Shown: in pieces, positions 61,733 to 64,000 of the stretch | How positions within the stretch are numbered: position 1 is the first letter of the stretch | Layout: each line of letters begins with the position of its first letter | Source of the DNA: the human T2T-CHM13v2.0 reference genome, Homo sapiens | DNA length: 64,000 bases | Assembly: GCF_009914755.1 (NCBI RefSeq) | Contig: NC_060927.1 | Strand: one strand, 5' to 3' | Translations under genes and position numbers: made by a program | Notes under the pieces: model-generated | Told to the model about the DNA's origin: nothing | Seen by the model: the letters and a program-made list of their open reading frames with translations, nothing else | Databases searched by the model: none

Positions 61733-62210
61733 GTTGGGCTGTCCTACCTGGCCCCAGTCTTTGGTACACAACTGCTGTGCACTCAGTGAAGATAAGGGTT
61801 GTAGGGTGGGTATAGGTTCTCTGAAGCTGGAAGTCCATAGGATTCTAATCCATCCATCACTCTGGACCACAGGTGACTACTAGAAATTTGGTAATAATTA
61901 GACTGACATCTCTTTATAACAGATTCCCTCTTGTTGTGTTTCCATAAATGAAAGCAGCTATGAGTTTCTTTATTTAGGTTTATTTGCGTTCTTGACTCTT
62001 TAATGGGTTTTTAAAACCTATGATTTTGTAACGTTATCAGCTTGCTTCATTATTAGCTAGGTAGAACTTTGTCTGGTTTTACATAATAGTAAATAAATTA
62101 CTTTTAAAAGTCCATGACAAATTTATTCTATATCAGAATGTGTGTTGTATAAAGGAAACTGTTTATTTTGAAGGAAAAGGGGTTTTATTGGATTTCGTTA
62201 TACAATATAA

Positions 62211-62549
<339 letters not shown>

Positions 62550-62551
62550 GG

Positions 62552-62625
62552 ATTTAAGGGAAACTTTGAAGGAAATATTTTTAAGGGATACCTTAAAAGT
62601 ATTTCCTTCAAAGTTTCCCTTAAAT
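62552..62625. repeat. 35-bp-arm inverted repeat (hairpin) with a GATA loop
   Basis: atttaagggaaactttgaaggaaatatttttaagg-gata-ccttaaaagtatttccttcaaagtttcccttaaat; 34/35 positions complementary. Confidence 0.97.
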
Positions 62626-62937
62626 ATTAAATATTTTAAAAATAAACTTAAATATAATAAATAAATTTAAATATAATAAATAAAAATAAATTTAAACATT
62701 AAAAAACAAATATTTTTAAGGGATACCTTAAAAATATTAGATACATCTTTCCTTAAGCAGTTAATCTTTGTTGGCTCTGATTCAAAGTGATCACAAATTC
62801 TGAAATTTCAAAAATTTCTACTCACTTTTCTTTGCCTCTTGATTAGTTTATTCCATTCTCTTTAGCCATGCAGGCATTTCCCTCCCCTCTTCTATAATAT
62901 GAACTTTTCTTGAATAATCAATTTATTCCATTGGCAC

Positions 62938-63026
62938 AATTTCCACATGTTGTGGGAGGGACCTGGTGGGAGGTGACTGAATCATGGGGGCAGGTCTTTC
63001 CCGTTCTGTTCTTGTGATAGTGAATT
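62938..63026 (+). mobile_element. Isolated THE1/MST LTR fragment
   Basis: ccacatgttgtgggagggacctggtgggaggtgactgaatcatggggg...gtgatagtgaat. Confidence 0.85.
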
Positions 63027-64000
63027 CTCATTGTATTGACTCCAGTAGAATGCGTAACATTTGGGTTTCACTAAAGGTGTATTCTGCTTTTGCATTGGAG
63101 TCATACACTATGATTTTAAAATCACAACTATTCTCATTATGCATCATTTCTTAACCTCTATCAGATTTATACCCATATGATCAGTAGAATTTCATCACAT
63201 CTTAAATCAAAATAATTCTCAGATAGTATTGAAATGAATCTTCTTTCATTTTGGGAAATCTGAAGACAAAACAAAAAATTGGGCATCTAGGTCACTTGAA
63301 AGAGTGTGGGTTTCTTCAAGGGCTTCTGCTAATCTGTTCCTTTTATTTAGCACCTGGTACTGGTAGATCTGGTATACTAGACATTGATACTTTCTGCTTC
63401 AAACCTTGTCTGGCCTACAACTTCATCTGCTGAATTCATGGATATTGCACCCTCTAAGCACAAACTGTTTTTGGTTTCCCTATACTTTGGTGCTTACCCA
63501 TTCCAGGGGAAAGCAGAAACTAGAACTGGGACTAATCCTGATTCCAATAGAAGTTTTGATCTCAGGCCCAGCCCTGGCCCCAGCTTTAGATAGAATTTCA
63601 ATGATCTCCCTTTCACTAAATCACACAGTCACTTAAAACTCAATCAGTGATTCATTTGGTTTAGCCACCTACCCTTCCAGAGCAAATGGACCTTGGAAAG
63701 CTGCCAGTCCTTTATAAGTCAGTGCTAATTAGAGGTATTTTTTCTTTCCACTGAGCACCTAATTGAGATGAGTCACATGAATAAACAAAACAAAACAAAA
63801 AATCCCTGTTTCAGAGATAAATAAGATATGAGTAATAATTTCAGATCAGTCCTGAATTGTTACACCAAGTAAGGGATTTTGGTCTTGAGATGCTGGTAGA
63901 GAAGAGATGAAATCAACAGGAAATGGTGCAGAAAGGATGCTTAAATGTTGCCAGAAATGAATTTCATCAGCTTAGCAGTTTTGATTAGATCAACCCTTGT

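Noticed and set aside
61483-61883. Four overlapping ORFs with CVCV/HTHT runs
   Set aside because: They result from the (TG)19 microsatellite, which has no stop codons.

Overview
This is AT-rich primate genomic DNA, most likely human or another ape (it carries AluY and an L1PA2/3-type element). Most of the window is transposable-element sequence: L1 of many ages (L1ME/MB/MA/PB/PA), L2, MIR, Alu/FLAM, MaLR LTRs (MLT1, MST, THE1), ERV1 and ERVL LTRs, and the DNA transposons MER47 and MER53. I find no intact protein-coding gene, tRNA, rRNA, CpG island or CRISPR array; every recognisable ORF is a retroelement remnant. The main structure is a nested provirus at 35.7-42 kb, where a deleted HERV-L (MLT2A LTRs, 5-bp TSD GTTTT) sits inside the gag gene of a MER51-type ERV1. 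Several L1s keep insertion signatures: twin-priming inversions, a double poly(A) tail (3' transduction), a probable insertion-mediated deletion and internal deletions. There are also several near-perfect inverted repeats, an unexplained dispersed ~65-bp duplication, and plus-strand splice signals in unique sequence that could belong to a lncRNA. I see no convincing new biological system. Subfamily names come from recalled consensus motifs, and boundaries of old repeats are approximate.
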